Assembly (NCBI GenBank): GCA_964196055.1
Contig: CAXMSF010000251.1
Span: forward strand, 1,101 to 65,100
Direction: 5' to 3'
Source: an uncultured Gammaproteobacteria bacterium
Lineage (GTDB): Bacteria > Myxococcota_A > UBA9160 > SMWR01
Length of the DNA stretch: 64,000 nucleotides
Shown piece after piece: positions 10,415-19,937 of the stretch. Each line of letters opens with the position of its first letter. Position 1 is the first letter of the stretch. Below the pieces are notes generated by a model that did not search any database, was not told the DNA's origin, and was given only the letters and a program-made list of their open reading frames with translations. The position numbers and the translations under genes were made by a program.

Positions 10415-11989
10415 ATGGAATCAAAGTTCGAGTTTCGCGATCTCTTCGTCCTCGACCTGGCAAACAACCACCAGGGCAACGTCGATCACGGCAAGAAGAT
10501 CATCCAGTCCATGTCGGACGTGTGCAACAAGCACGGGGTCCGAGCTGCGATCAAGTTCCAGTTTCGCCAGCTGGACAGCTTCATCCATCCAGACCACCAG
10601 CAGGGGAGCGATCTCAAGTACATCCAACGCTTCCAGGGAACGCGCATGGAGCGAGCGGGTTTCGAAGAACTGCTGCAGGAGGTCTGGTCACGTGGCCACC
10701 TCGCCGCCTGCACTCCGTTCGACGAGGAGTCGGTCGAAGTCATCGACGAGATGGGATTCGACGTCATCAAGGTGGCGAGTTGCTCGGCGAAGGACTGGCC
10801 GCTGCTCGAGGCGGTGTCGGCCTCCGGGAAGCCGGTGATCTGCTCGACGGGCGGGCTCACCACCTTCGACATCGACAACGTCGTGAGCTTCTTCCAGCAC
10901 CGAGCCGTCCACTTCGCACTGATGCACTGCGTGTCGATCTACCCCACGCCGGACGAGAAGCTCGCGCTGCAGCAAATCCGAAACCTCGACGAACGCTATC
11001 CCGGCACCGTGATCGGCTGGTCGACCCACGAGGACCCGGACGACACCGTCCCGGTCGGCATGGCAATGGCTCTCGGCGCACGCATGTTCGAACGGCATGT
11101 CGGCGTCGCGACCGACGAGATCACGCTGAACGCCTACTCATCGAGCCCCGAGCAGCTCAACCAGTGGATGGCCGCACACGCGCGCGCAAAGGTGATGCTC
11201 GGCCCGCTGGAGCGGCCGCCCGTGGCCGCCGCTGAACAGGAGGCGATCGACAGTCTGCGGCGTGGCGTCTATGCCCGCGAGGAAATCGGCAAGGGCAGCC
11301 CGATCTCGCGCGACCAGGTCTTCTTCGCCATGCCCTACGTCGATGGCCAGCTCGAAACCGGGCGCTGGAAGGAGGGCATGGTGGCAACCGAGGACGTCGC
11401 GGCGAACGGCCCCCTTCTCCTCGATGACCTGCTGGTCCCCGAGAACGAAGACGTCCAGGTGATCAAGTCCGCAATCCACGAGGTGAAGGCGATGCTGAAC
11501 GAGGCCCGCATCCACCTCGGGCCCGATTTCGTGACCGAGTACTCGCACCACTACGGCATCGCGAACTTCCGCAAGTTCGGCGCGGTGCTGATCGAGTGCA
11601 TCAACCGCGAATACTGCAAGAAACTCGTGGTCCAACTGCCGCTCCAACGACACCCGTCTCATTACCATGCCCGCAAGGAGGAGACCTTCCAGATCCTGTA
11701 CGGGAAGCTCTTCTCCAAGATCGACGGTCACGTCCGCGAGCTCTACCCGGGCGACACCGTACTCGTCCAGCCGGGCGTCTGGCATTCCTTCTGGACCGAG
11801 GACACCGGCGTGATCTTCGAGGAAGTGTCGACGACGCACTACAACAACGACTCATTCTACGAGGACAAACAGATCAACAAACTCGAACGAGCCGAGCGCA
11901 AGACCGTCGTCGACAACTGGGGGCGCTTCCAACTCTCGAAGCACAAGGACGTGGCTGCCGAGGAGGCGTCCGAAGCCGACGAGCAATGA
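10415..11989 (+). CDS. NeuB-family sialic-acid-type (nonulosonate) synthase fused to a SAF domain and a C-terminal D-lyxose/D-mannose-isomerase-like cupin
   Basis: Start ATG 10415 (MESKFEFRDLFVLDLANNHQG). NeuB-like TIM barrel (VIKVASCS..., CSTGG..., MHCVSIYPTP). SAF-like RRGVYAREEIGKGSPI. C-terminal HPSHYHARKEETFQILYG...PGVWHSFWTEDTGVIFEEVSTTHYNNDSFYEDK matches my memory of lyxose-isomerase cupins. Confidence 0.7.
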   Translation: MESKFEFRDLFVLDLANNHQGNVDHGKKIIQSMSDVCNKHGVRAAIKFQFRQLDSFIHPDHQQGSDLKYIQRFQGTRMERAGFEELLQEVWSRGHLAACTPFDEESVEVIDEMGFDVIKVASCSAKDWPLLEAVSASGKPVICSTGGLTTFDIDNVVSFFQHRAVHFALMHCVSIYPTPDEKLALQQIRNLDERYPGTVIGWSTHEDPDDTVPVGMAMALGARMFERHVGVATDEITLNAYSSSPEQLNQWMAAHARAKVMLGPLERPPVAAAEQEAIDSLRRGVYAREEIGKGSPISRDQVFFAMPYVDGQLETGRWKEGMVATEDVAANGPLLLDDLLVPENEDVQVIKSAIHEVKAMLNEARIHLGPDFVTEYSHHYGIANFRKFGAVLIECINREYCKKLVVQLPLQRHPSHYHARKEETFQILYGKLFSKIDGHVRELYPGDTVLVQPGVWHSFWTEDTGVIFEEVSTTHYNNDSFYEDKQINKLERAERKTVVDNWGRFQLSKHKDVAAEEASEADEQ

Positions 11990-12660
11990 TTCGCTGTGTC
12001 GGCTTCGATTTCGACGGAACGCTGGTCGACTCGAACGCCATCAAACGCAGCAGTTTCTTCGATGTCTTTTCGGACGTAGATCCCGGCGGCGAAACGGTCG
12101 CACACGTGCTCGACGAGGTCCGCCCGGGCGACCGATACGACATCGTGCGTGAAGTCGCCGTTCGGTTGCGCAACCTCGGAGCGATTCCGATCGAGTCCGG
12201 CATCGAGGCCTTCGCCCGACGTCGGGCTGCGGCCTACACGCGGCGCTGCGAAGAAGCCGTCGCGAAGTGCCCCGAGATTCCGGGGGCGACCGCCACCCTC
12301 GAGTGGCTGGTCGCCCGCGGACTTCCGCTCTACGTGAACTCCGCGACTCCCCAGGAGCCCCTGCGGCGAGTGCTCGAATTGCGATCGATGGCGCAGCACT
12401 TCCGTCTCTGCCTCGGCCGGCCCGCGGATAAGGGTGAAAACCTCGGGACGATCTGCGCCGATGCGGGCGTGCCACCACAGGCGATGCTCTTCGTCGGCGA
12501 CGGCGAGGACGATCGCGGTGCGGCGCTGACCTTCGGCTGTCGCTTCATCGCGATCGTGCGGCCCGGCCCGAACCGCTTCGAGGCCACTCCGACGAACTGC
12601 ATCGCCGACCTCCACGCGTTGCCGGCGCTCGTCGAGCGACTTCAGGAGGAAATTCGATGA
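11986..12660 (+). CDS. HAD-superfamily phosphatase (subfamily IA-like)
   Basis: MIRCVGFDFDGTLVDSN (DxDGT motif I) and a late motif FVGDGEDD. ATGA start/stop overlap with the preceding synthase. Confidence 0.7.
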   Translation: MIRCVGFDFDGTLVDSNAIKRSSFFDVFSDVDPGGETVAHVLDEVRPGDRYDIVREVAVRLRNLGAIPIESGIEAFARRRAAAYTRRCEEAVAKCPEIPGATATLEWLVARGLPLYVNSATPQEPLRRVLELRSMAQHFRLCLGRPADKGENLGTICADAGVPPQAMLFVGDGEDDRGAALTFGCRFIAIVRPGPNRFEATPTNCIADLHALPALVERLQEEIR

Positions 12661-13376
12661 TCGGCAACAAGCGGATCCTGGCGGTCTGCCCTGCGCGCGG
12701 CGGCAGCAAGGGCATCCCGCGGAAGAACCTGAAGACCTTCCGCGGCGTGCCGCTCGTCGCAATCGTGGGCCAGGTGGTCGCGGAGGTCCCCGAGATCGAC
12801 CGCGCGGTGGTGAGCACCGACGACGACGAAATCGCACGCGTGGCCGAGGAATCCGGACTTGCGGCGCCGTTCCGGCGGCCCGAGGCACTCTCCGGCGATC
12901 GCATCGGTGACCTCGAAGTTCTCACGAACGCGCTCGAAGAGATGGAGGCGATCGACGGCGTTCACTACGACATCGTGCTGATGCTCCAGCCCACCTCCCC
13001 GCTACGCCGCGTAGGGCACGTGCGCAACGCACTCGCGATGCTCGGGAAGGGCGGCTTCGACGCGGTCTGGACGGTGTCGGAGACCGATTCGAAGGAACAC
13101 CCGCTGAAACAGCTCACCGTCGACCGCGACAGCGGTCGGATGGACTTCTACGATGCCGACGGCGGGAAGATCATCGCGCGCCAACAGTTGACCCCCGTCT
13201 ACCACCGCAACGGAGTCGCGTACGCGATCTCGCGCAGCTGCCTGCTCGACCAGAAGAACATCAAGGGCGCAAACACCGGCGCCCTCGTGATCCCCGGCCA
13301 CATGGTCAGCATCGACACCCTCTGGGATCTCCAACTCGCCGAGTACATTGCCGAGCGAGAAGACCCGCGCCGCTGA
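12657..13376 (+). CDS. acylneuraminate cytidylyltransferase family (CMP-nonulosonate synthetase)
   Basis: ILAVCPARGGSKGIPRKNLKTFRGVPLV...MLQPTSPLR, the classical CMP-NeuAc/CMP-KDO synthetase family signature. ATGA overlap with the HAD gene. Confidence 0.8.
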   Translation: MIGNKRILAVCPARGGSKGIPRKNLKTFRGVPLVAIVGQVVAEVPEIDRAVVSTDDDEIARVAEESGLAAPFRRPEALSGDRIGDLEVLTNALEEMEAIDGVHYDIVLMLQPTSPLRRVGHVRNALAMLGKGGFDAVWTVSETDSKEHPLKQLTVDRDSGRMDFYDADGGKIIARQQLTPVYHRNGVAYAISRSCLLDQKNIKGANTGALVIPGHMVSIDTLWDLQLAEYIAEREDPRR

Positions 13377-13592
13377 CCGGCCTCGGTACCGGCGAAACCG
13401 GGTCACGGCTCCCAGCAGCCGCTCCTCCCGGCAGCGCGACCGAGCCGCTACGGAAGTCGCCGCAAATTCCCGTGCTAGCCATTGCGCAGCAGCAGCGTTC
13501 GACTCGCCCTTCGATCGACCGCTAGACTCCGGGTGAAGGTGCTGCGTACCCCGCCGCGACACGCCGGGATCTACCTATGAGGTCGAAGCCCA

Positions 13593-14114
13593 ATGAGTGA
13601 CGACCCCGATGCTCCCAAGCCGCGCTTCGGGCGCTACCTGGCTGGTCTGGCATTCGTCTCGATGCTCGGCTTCGTATTTCTCAACTACCGGGATCCATGG
13701 CCCCCGATCGTCTCGCCTCCGCTCGTACCCGCGCCCGAGGTCCCAGCACCGCCAAGCACGAACACGTTGTCGCTCGCGCCGCCGCCGGCCGTCGAAGCCG
13801 ACCAATCCACGACCCCCGAACACGCCGCCGAAGCCGAAATCGAAGACACGATTCCAACGACTTCACTGCCGTTGCGCCTGAACGCGACCGTGGTCCAAGA
13901 GGATCCATCGCGTTCGTTGGCACGCGTCGAGGATGCGCAGTTGTCGAATGCGCAGATGTTGTTGCAAGGACAGATCTTCGAGGGGCGCCCGCACGTCAGA
14001 CTCATCACGATCGAATCCGACTCGGTACTGATCGACAACTACGGCACGCTCGAACGGTTGCCGCTCGAACCGGGCGGCCTGCAGTTCACCGCCGAGTCAT
14101 CGCACGACGAGTAG
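13593..14114 (+). CDS. membrane-anchored protein with GspC-like (type II secretion protein C HR-domain-like) C-terminus
   Basis: N-terminal TM, Pro-rich linker, then LRLNATVVQEDPSRSLARVED...GQIFEGRPHVRLITIESDSVLIDNYGTLERLPL, resembling the GspC/PulC HR domain. No other T2SS genes are nearby. Confidence 0.45.
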   Translation: MSDDPDAPKPRFGRYLAGLAFVSMLGFVFLNYRDPWPPIVSPPLVPAPEVPAPPSTNTLSLAPPPAVEADQSTTPEHAAEAEIEDTIPTTSLPLRLNATVVQEDPSRSLARVEDAQLSNAQMLLQGQIFEGRPHVRLITIESDSVLIDNYGTLERLPLEPGGLQFTAESSHDE

Positions 14115-14216
14115 CAGGCAGCTTCCGCACCATCGCGTGAAAACCGCTGCCAGTGGATGGCCCCACGCCCGGGATCACGCGGACCCGGCCCCCGTCAGCG
14201 GACGGGCATCATCCGC

Positions 14217-15404
14217 TCAGGCGCCGATCTCCGCGATCACGGTCTCCATGATCTCGAAGCGATTGATCTGGTTGGTGCCTTCGTAGATCTGGGTCAGTTT
14301 GGCATCCCGCAGCAGCTTCTCGACGCCGTACTCGTGCATGTAACCATTGCCGCCCAGCACCTGGATCGCATCGGTCGCGTTGGCCACCGCCGCATCCGAG
14401 GCGAAGGTCTTGGCCATCGAGGCGAGCTTGAGTGACGGCTTCCCCGCGGCGGTCGCGGCCGCCGACTTCCACACCAGCCCACGCGCGGCTTCGACACGGA
14501 TCGCCATGTCGGCGAGCATCAGTTGGATCGTCTGGTGGTGCACGATCGGCTTTCCACCCTGAACCCGCTCCGCGGCGTAGTCGAGTGCTCGGTCGTAGGC
14601 GGCGCGCGCGATTCCGAGTGCGATCGTCGCAACCGGTGTCCGCGTCACCGACATGATCAGCCGGTTCAACTCCCAGCCTCCGCCCTCTTTACCGATCAGG
14701 TGGTTATCCGGCACGAACACGTCGTCGAAGAGAAGCTCGGTAGCGGGGCAGGCACGCTGCCCCATCTTGTCGAAGACCTGCCCCACTGCAAAGCCGGGGG
14801 TGTCGGCCGGGACCGCAAAACAGCTCATGGACTCGCGAATCGGTGCGTCCTGATCGTGCGTGGCAAAGACGGTCACCAGATTGGCGATCGAGCCGTTGGA
14901 GATGAAAACCTTGCGACCGTTGATCAGGTAGCCGTCCGCCTTGCGTTCGACGCGTGTCCGGGCCCGCCCTTCGGAATGTCCCTGGATGAAGTCCGAGCCC
15001 AGCCCCGGCTCCGTCGCCGCGAGCGCCGCCATTCGGGGCTGATCTGTCTCCCACGACGCCGACATCGGCCTCACGAAGCGCTCGATCGCCTCGAGATCAC
15101 CCGAGGCCAGGATGGGGGCTAGGCCCAGCATCGTCGCGCCGAGGAGCACGGTGCAGCCGGAGCACGCGGCCGCGAGCTCTTCGGTAACCAGGGCTCCCGT
15201 CACTGGGTCGTGGCCCTGCCCACCCAGGAACTCCGGGAGGTTGGAGCCGATGAGGCCGGCTCGCGCCGCCTCGCGGATGAGCTCTTCCCGCGCCGGACTC
15301 TCGGGATTCTTGTCCAGCTCGAGCGCACGTGGCGCCAGATGGCGACCCGCAAACTCACGCGCCCATTCTTGAATTTCGCGCTGCTCCGTCGTCAGCTCGA
15401 TCAT
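14217..15404 (-). CDS. acyl-CoA dehydrogenase
   Basis: 395 aa with characteristic ACAD blocks (ATEPGLGSD, FISNG, YEGTNQI). Confidence 0.85.
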   Translation of the reverse strand: MIELTTEQREIQEWAREFAGRHLAPRALELDKNPESPAREELIREAARAGLIGSNLPEFLGGQGHDPVTGALVTEELAAACSGCTVLLGATMLGLAPILASGDLEAIERFVRPMSASWETDQPRMAALAATEPGLGSDFIQGHSEGRARTRVERKADGYLINGRKVFISNGSIANLVTVFATHDQDAPIRESMSCFAVPADTPGFAVGQVFDKMGQRACPATELLFDDVFVPDNHLIGKEGGGWELNRLIMSVTRTPVATIALGIARAAYDRALDYAAERVQGGKPIVHHQTIQLMLADMAIRVEAARGLVWKSAAATAAGKPSLKLASMAKTFASDAAVANATDAIQVLGGNGYMHEYGVEKLLRDAKLTQIYEGTNQINRFEIMETVIAEIGA

Positions 15405-16135
15405 TTCCGTACCTCCCGCTTGATTCGTTTCAGCACTTCACCGGCGGGGATCGTGTTGTCCGAGAGCATCACGATCATGGCTCCCTCGTCCTCGGGAATC
15501 AGATCGGCGATGGGGTCGTGCTCGGAAGGCTCACAGCGAATTCGAGCCTGGCCGATCTCCTGTTCGCGAGGAATCAACTCGATCTGGGTCTTGGTGATTT
15601 CCTCGATCTCGATTTCACCCGCAGGTCCCGGAATCAGCTTGTAATTGAGTGCCGGCATTTCGGGGCCGGATACGCCCCCGGCAATGGCCGCCTCGGGCAT
15701 CGGCCCCTGAACCCGGCCCTCGACCGACAGGATCCGCTTGCCCCAGCGAGTCACTGTGCCGTGGATGCGGTCGCCGTCGCGTCGCCACTCGACCTCGGCC
15801 AGCTTCTTCGGAAAGCCGGCGATCTCGCGACCCGGAATCAACGCCTCGTCGGTCGTCACGTAGATGTAGGGGATGTAGTTCCCCAGAGTCTCGTCGACCC
15901 GCACCGGGACCATCACCACCGCTTCCTCGAACGGATGCTGGAACTCGGTCTGCGGGTAGCTCAACAGGGTCACCATTCCGGGCCCGTCGGCCGGCTCCAT
16001 GCTGGGCGGCAGCAGGGGCTCCACCGCGCCGGGGCGCGGCATGAATGGAAAAGCGGCGATCCGAACCCCCTGCCAGCAGTGCGGAAGTTCGCCGAACGTG
16101 GGAGAGGACCAGGGCATGCTGATGGGCTGAGTCAT
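15401..16135 (-). CDS. acetoacetate decarboxylase-family protein
   Basis: YIYVTTDEALIPGREIAGFPKKLA resembles the ADC-family core. 4-nt overlap with the ACAD gene. Confidence 0.6.
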   Translation of the reverse strand: MTQPISMPWSSPTFGELPHCWQGVRIAAFPFMPRPGAVEPLLPPSMEPADGPGMVTLLSYPQTEFQHPFEEAVVMVPVRVDETLGNYIPYIYVTTDEALIPGREIAGFPKKLAEVEWRRDGDRIHGTVTRWGKRILSVEGRVQGPMPEAAIAGGVSGPEMPALNYKLIPGPAGEIEIEEITKTQIELIPREQEIGQARIRCEPSEHDPIADLIPEDEGAMIVMLSDNTIPAGEVLKRIKREVRK

Positions 16136-16256
16136 GACTCGTACTCCTTGTGCCTGCGATGGATTCCTGCGTTCGAGCTTCTCATGGCGCTCGCTTTCAA
16201 TCGCGCCGCAGCGGCCGAAAGGGCCGTGCTCGTGTCATTCGTGCAACCGCTTCACT

Positions 16257-16943
16257 TCACTTCCCTCCGGAGACGGAAGCTGCCCTGGCTGCAGCAGCCT
16301 CGGCGACGAGGCGCTTCAATGGTGGCAGCCTGCGGCCCGCGATCTCTGCAGCCTCCTTCGGTCGCAGTCCCAGCAGTCGCAGCAACTCCTCCGCCAGGAA
16401 GCGGTCCGCGTCCCTCGGTAGCCCCGTCTCGAGTTTGACCCGCATCACCCCCAGCAGCGCTCCACCGAATGCCGCCAGCGTCGTCTTCTCGTCGTAGCTG
16501 GCGAAGCGACCGGCATCGAAGCCCCGCTGCAGGTCCCGCGCGAGGCGACCTCCCAGGGACGATTGAAGCTGGGGAGCATACAGGCCGGTGCGAACGGCGA
16601 ACCAACCCCAGATCGGATCGTGATCCACCATCCGCACCGTCAGCCGAATGTTCTGGGCGAGAATCTCCGCGATGTCGTCCTTCCCCGCGTGGATCCGATC
16701 GAGAGCCGCGCCGTGGGCCTCGAAAGTGTCGGAGATCACCGCCTCGAGGAGTTGATCCTTGGTGGCGAAGTGGTTGTAGAAGGATCCGACGCCGACACCG
16801 GCCTCCTCGGTGATCTCGGAAATGGGCGTGGCCTCGATCCCCCGGGTCGCTGCAATTCGCCTCGCCGCCTCGATCAACCGAGAACGCGTGCGGAGCCGCC
16901 GCCCGCTTTCCCGAGCAAGGCTGTCCGTAGCGGCTTGCGTCAT
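16257..16943 (-). CDS. TetR/AcrR-family transcriptional regulator
   Basis: N-terminal HTH RSRLIEAARRIAATRGIEATPISEITEEAGVGVGSFYNHFATKDQL. Confidence 0.85.
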   Translation of the reverse strand: MTQAATDSLARESGRRLRTRSRLIEAARRIAATRGIEATPISEITEEAGVGVGSFYNHFATKDQLLEAVISDTFEAHGAALDRIHAGKDDIAEILAQNIRLTVRMVDHDPIWGWFAVRTGLYAPQLQSSLGGRLARDLQRGFDAGRFASYDEKTTLAAFGGALLGVMRVKLETGLPRDADRFLAEELLRLLGLRPKEAAEIAGRRLPPLKRLVAEAAAARAASVSGGK

Positions 16944-18022
16944 CGCAGCGGCCTCTTGAAAACGTTGAAGCCGAGCGCGGCCTCGAGCTTCGCGTGCACC
17001 ATTTCGCAGATCCGGAGTTCGTCAGAGGCCAGCTCCCGGAAGTGCTCGACGGCAGGCTTCCCCGACTCGACGCTCTCGAGGATCGCCTCGCCCGCGGCCT
17101 TGCCCGACGTCAAGGCAGATGTGATCCCTTCGCCTCCTCGCAGGAAACCTCCCGCCTCGCCCACGAGCAGGAGATCCTCCGAGCCCAGGCAGTAGTTCTT
17201 CTGCGCGGACATGTCCGTCAAACAGATGCTGTGGCTAGCGAGCATCTCCTTTACGACCAGGCCGTGCTTCGCCTCGAGGTGAGACCGAAACGCCTGGAAG
17301 TACTCTCGCACCGGCTCCTGACGATGCGCGCCGGTTACCAGCTGTATTCTGCCTTCATCGTGGAACACGGTGGCGAAATAGCCCGTGATGCTCCGGTCCA
17401 GGAACAGGTGCAGCCAGCCCGGCGCGAGGTCGATGTCCGCGAGATAGAACTCCTCATAGTTGGGAATCATTCCGATGCCTTCGTCGAAATCGGGGAAGGC
17501 CCGCATGCGTACTTGGGAAAGGGTTCCGTCGGCGCCGATGAGGTACTTCGTCTTGACCGAGACCAGGCGGCCCTCGTGCTGCAGCTGGACGATGCTTTCC
17601 CGGCCGTCTCGCTCCATGTCTTCGAAGCTGCAACCGCCCACGAGTTGGGCGTCGCTCTGGGAGCAGAGCCAGTAGTCCAACTCACTCCGCGAGGTATTGA
17701 GGCCTTCCACTTCCATCCCCTCTTCCCCATCGAAGACGGCAAAAGGGGCGTCGAAGGAAGGCGCATCGATGCCGGGATAGATGCGGTTGCCTTCGACGAG
17801 TTCGGGACTGCACAGAACCTTGTCGGGAATGCGGCCGAAATGATCGGCGATGAACTTTCGGCCACTGGGGAACACGATCCCGCTGCACATCTTGAACCGG
17901 GGAAGCTCGTAGCGTTCAGCAATGAGCACTCTGAGCCCGGAGCCGGTCAATGCCCGTGCGACCCCCGCGCCGGCTGGGCCGGCTCCCACGATGACGACGT
18001 CATAGCGATCTCGCAGTTCCAT
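16940..18022 (-). CDS. FAD-dependent oxidoreductase (geranylgeranyl-reductase-like)
   Basis: YDVVIVGAGPAGAG dinucleotide-binding motif and a C-terminal GEAGGF block. Overlaps the TetR start by 4 nt. Confidence 0.7.
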   Translation of the reverse strand: MELRDRYDVVIVGAGPAGAGVARALTGSGLRVLIAERYELPRFKMCSGIVFPSGRKFIADHFGRIPDKVLCSPELVEGNRIYPGIDAPSFDAPFAVFDGEEGMEVEGLNTSRSELDYWLCSQSDAQLVGGCSFEDMERDGRESIVQLQHEGRLVSVKTKYLIGADGTLSQVRMRAFPDFDEGIGMIPNYEEFYLADIDLAPGWLHLFLDRSITGYFATVFHDEGRIQLVTGAHRQEPVREYFQAFRSHLEAKHGLVVKEMLASHSICLTDMSAQKNYCLGSEDLLLVGEAGGFLRGGEGITSALTSGKAAGEAILESVESGKPAVEHFRELASDELRICEMVHAKLEAALGFNVFKRPLR

Positions 18023-18053
18023 GGCCGCTTCTCCCGATTGCCCAAACTAAGCG

Positions 18054-18098
18054 AAGTTGAAGAAATCTTCAACTTTTAATTGAAGATTTCTTCAACTT
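18054..18098. promoter_or_regulatory. tandem palindromic operator-like site (candidate TetR operator)
   Basis: AAGTTGAAGAAATCTTCAACTT followed 6 nt later by its reverse complement AATTGAAGATTTCTTCAACTT. Each copy is itself a GTTGAAGA/TCTTCAAC palindrome. It lies 32 nt upstream of the oxidoreductase-TetR operon start. Confidence 0.55.
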
Positions 18099-18172
18099 TC
18101 GAGCAACGCAGGCCCACACGCCGTGTCCCGCACCACCATCGGCCTCCGGCCGACGTCCGCTAGCATCCCACG

Positions 18173-18745
18173 ATGCGAAGAACCCTCTGTGTGCTCGCCC
18201 TGCTTCTCTTCGTTCTCCCTGCTGCGGCCGGGGCTCCCACGACGCTCCACGCTTTCACGATGAATCGGATCGACGGTGCGAAGCAGGCGCTTTCCGACTA
18301 CGAAGGTCAGGTCCTGCTGGTCGTGAATGTCGCGAGCAAGTGCGGGCTCACGAAACAATACGCGGGGCTCGAAACCCTCTACGAGGAATACCGCGCGCAA
18401 GGCTTCGCGGTGCTGGGCTTTCCGTCCAACGATTTCCGCGGCCAGGAACCGGGGACGAACGCGGAGATCGCCGACTTCTGCCGCGCGACCTACGCGGTCG
18501 AGTTCCCGATGTTCGCGAAGATCCACGTGGCCGGTCCCGATCAGCATCCACTCTATGGCTATCTGACCGGGCTGCCGGCGCCGATCGGCGGCCCAGTCGA
18601 GTGGAACTTCCAGAAATACCTGGTCGATCACCATGGCCGCGTGGTCGCGCGATTCACACCAAAGCTGGAGCCGCGCGACCCGGCGATCGTCGAAGCGATC
18701 GAGGCCCTGCTCGCGGAATCGGGCGCCGGCAACGGGCGGGATTGA
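18173..18745 (+). CDS. gpx: glutathione peroxidase (Cys-type), with signal peptide
   Basis: LLVVNVASKCGLTKQY...LGFPSNDFRGQEPG...WNFQKYLV, the canonical GPx motifs. Confidence 0.9.
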   Translation: MRRTLCVLALLLFVLPAAAGAPTTLHAFTMNRIDGAKQALSDYEGQVLLVVNVASKCGLTKQYAGLETLYEEYRAQGFAVLGFPSNDFRGQEPGTNAEIADFCRATYAVEFPMFAKIHVAGPDQHPLYGYLTGLPAPIGGPVEWNFQKYLVDHHGRVVARFTPKLEPRDPAIVEAIEALLAESGAGNGRD

Positions 18746-18801
18746 CCACTCCAAGGATCTTCCATCGACGACCGCTTCCACCCGCTCTCCAGGAGGCCCG
18801 C

Positions 18802-19905
18802 TTGCCCTTATCGATCACCGGTGTTCCGCTCCACACCCGATCGCTGACGTCGGTCGCATCCCTGCGTGAAGATGGGCGCTGGTCGGTTCGTGGCGACGTG
18901 ATCGACCTGCGAAAGTGCGGCTTCGTCCCGATGACCCACGACATTCAGCCGTCCGGAATCATCCACCACATGACGATCGAGATGGTCGTCGATCCCGAGA
19001 CCCTTCGCATCGACGAACTCGTGACGTCTCAACCCCACATCGCGGTCGAGGCCTCCGCTCGCACCGACGGCGAATGTTGCCGCGATCCCGTGCCCCTGCT
19101 TCAGGCGCTCGAAGGCGAAATCATCGACGACGCCTTTACGAAGAAACTCTCCGGGACCTTCGGCGGTCCGCTCGGCTGCTCCCATCTCCTCACCCTGTTC
19201 TTCACGATGGCGGCTGCGATCCCGCGCGCCGTTGCGCGCGAGGCCGAGATCCGCCTCGAACACGAGGAATCACGGGCACCCGGGGAACGCCTCTTCTGGC
19301 GCAGCATCTTCATCGACGGCTACGAAATCGACGATGGCGGGGTCGAACTCTCGGTTCAGCTAGCGGATGTCCACAGCCATCCCCATCACGCCGTGCAGTC
19401 GCCCCTCGACCGGCTCGACCAGCAAGAGGAGGCACGCGTGATCGCCCGGGTCGAGCCGCCGGGTTTCAGCGTGGCACAGCTACGTGCGGCCCGACGCACC
19501 CGGCGCATGCCGAAGCTGGCCGACGCCGTCTGGGAAGACTGCAGCGAGGTCATCGCTCCGCTGATTGGATTTCCCGTGGTCCCAGGCCTCTCGCGACGCG
19601 TGCGTGAACTCCTGCAGGGCGACGAAGCCAACGCGCTCGTCCGGGATGCGCTGCTCCAGCTCGCCCCAGGACACATCCAGGTTCTGGCGGCGATCACGGA
19701 GCGCTGGTTCGCCCCGAGCCGAAAGCTGAAAAGCCAGGCGGATGGACCGAAGGGGGACAAGCTCCCCGCCGGCGGACCGCCGGTGGGCGCCATCGGGGGA
19801 ATGGTCGACTCCTGCTACATGTGGCGGAGCGGCAGTCCCCTGATCGCAGAGCGCGAACGCGTGATGCGATTGCGACTCGAGCGCGAGGCGGAGAGCAGCG
19901 ACTGA
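18802..19905 (+). CDS. DUF2889-like protein
   Basis: Start placed at TTG 18802, 5 nt after AGGAGG (18791-18796), because ORF 18340..19905 overlaps gpx out of frame. Core IIHHMTIEMVVDPETLRIDE...GCSHLLTLFF resembles DUF2889-type proteins from memory. Confidence 0.5.
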   Translation: MPLSITGVPLHTRSLTSVASLREDGRWSVRGDVIDLRKCGFVPMTHDIQPSGIIHHMTIEMVVDPETLRIDELVTSQPHIAVEASARTDGECCRDPVPLLQALEGEIIDDAFTKKLSGTFGGPLGCSHLLTLFFTMAAAIPRAVAREAEIRLEHEESRAPGERLFWRSIFIDGYEIDDGGVELSVQLADVHSHPHHAVQSPLDRLDQQEEARVIARVEPPGFSVAQLRAARRTRRMPKLADAVWEDCSEVIAPLIGFPVVPGLSRRVRELLQGDEANALVRDALLQLAPGHIQVLAAITERWFAPSRKLKSQADGPKGDKLPAGGPPVGAIGGMVDSCYMWRSGSPLIAERERVMRLRLEREAESSD

Positions 19906-19907
19906 AG

Positions 19908-19937
19908 TGAGCCGCGTTGCCGCCTAATCGCGGCTCA
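19908..19937. terminator. GC hairpin between convergent genes (9-bp stem TGAGCCGCG/CGCGGCTCA, 12-nt loop)
   Basis: Read directly. It overlaps the 3' end of the BI-1 gene. No U-tract. Confidence 0.35.
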
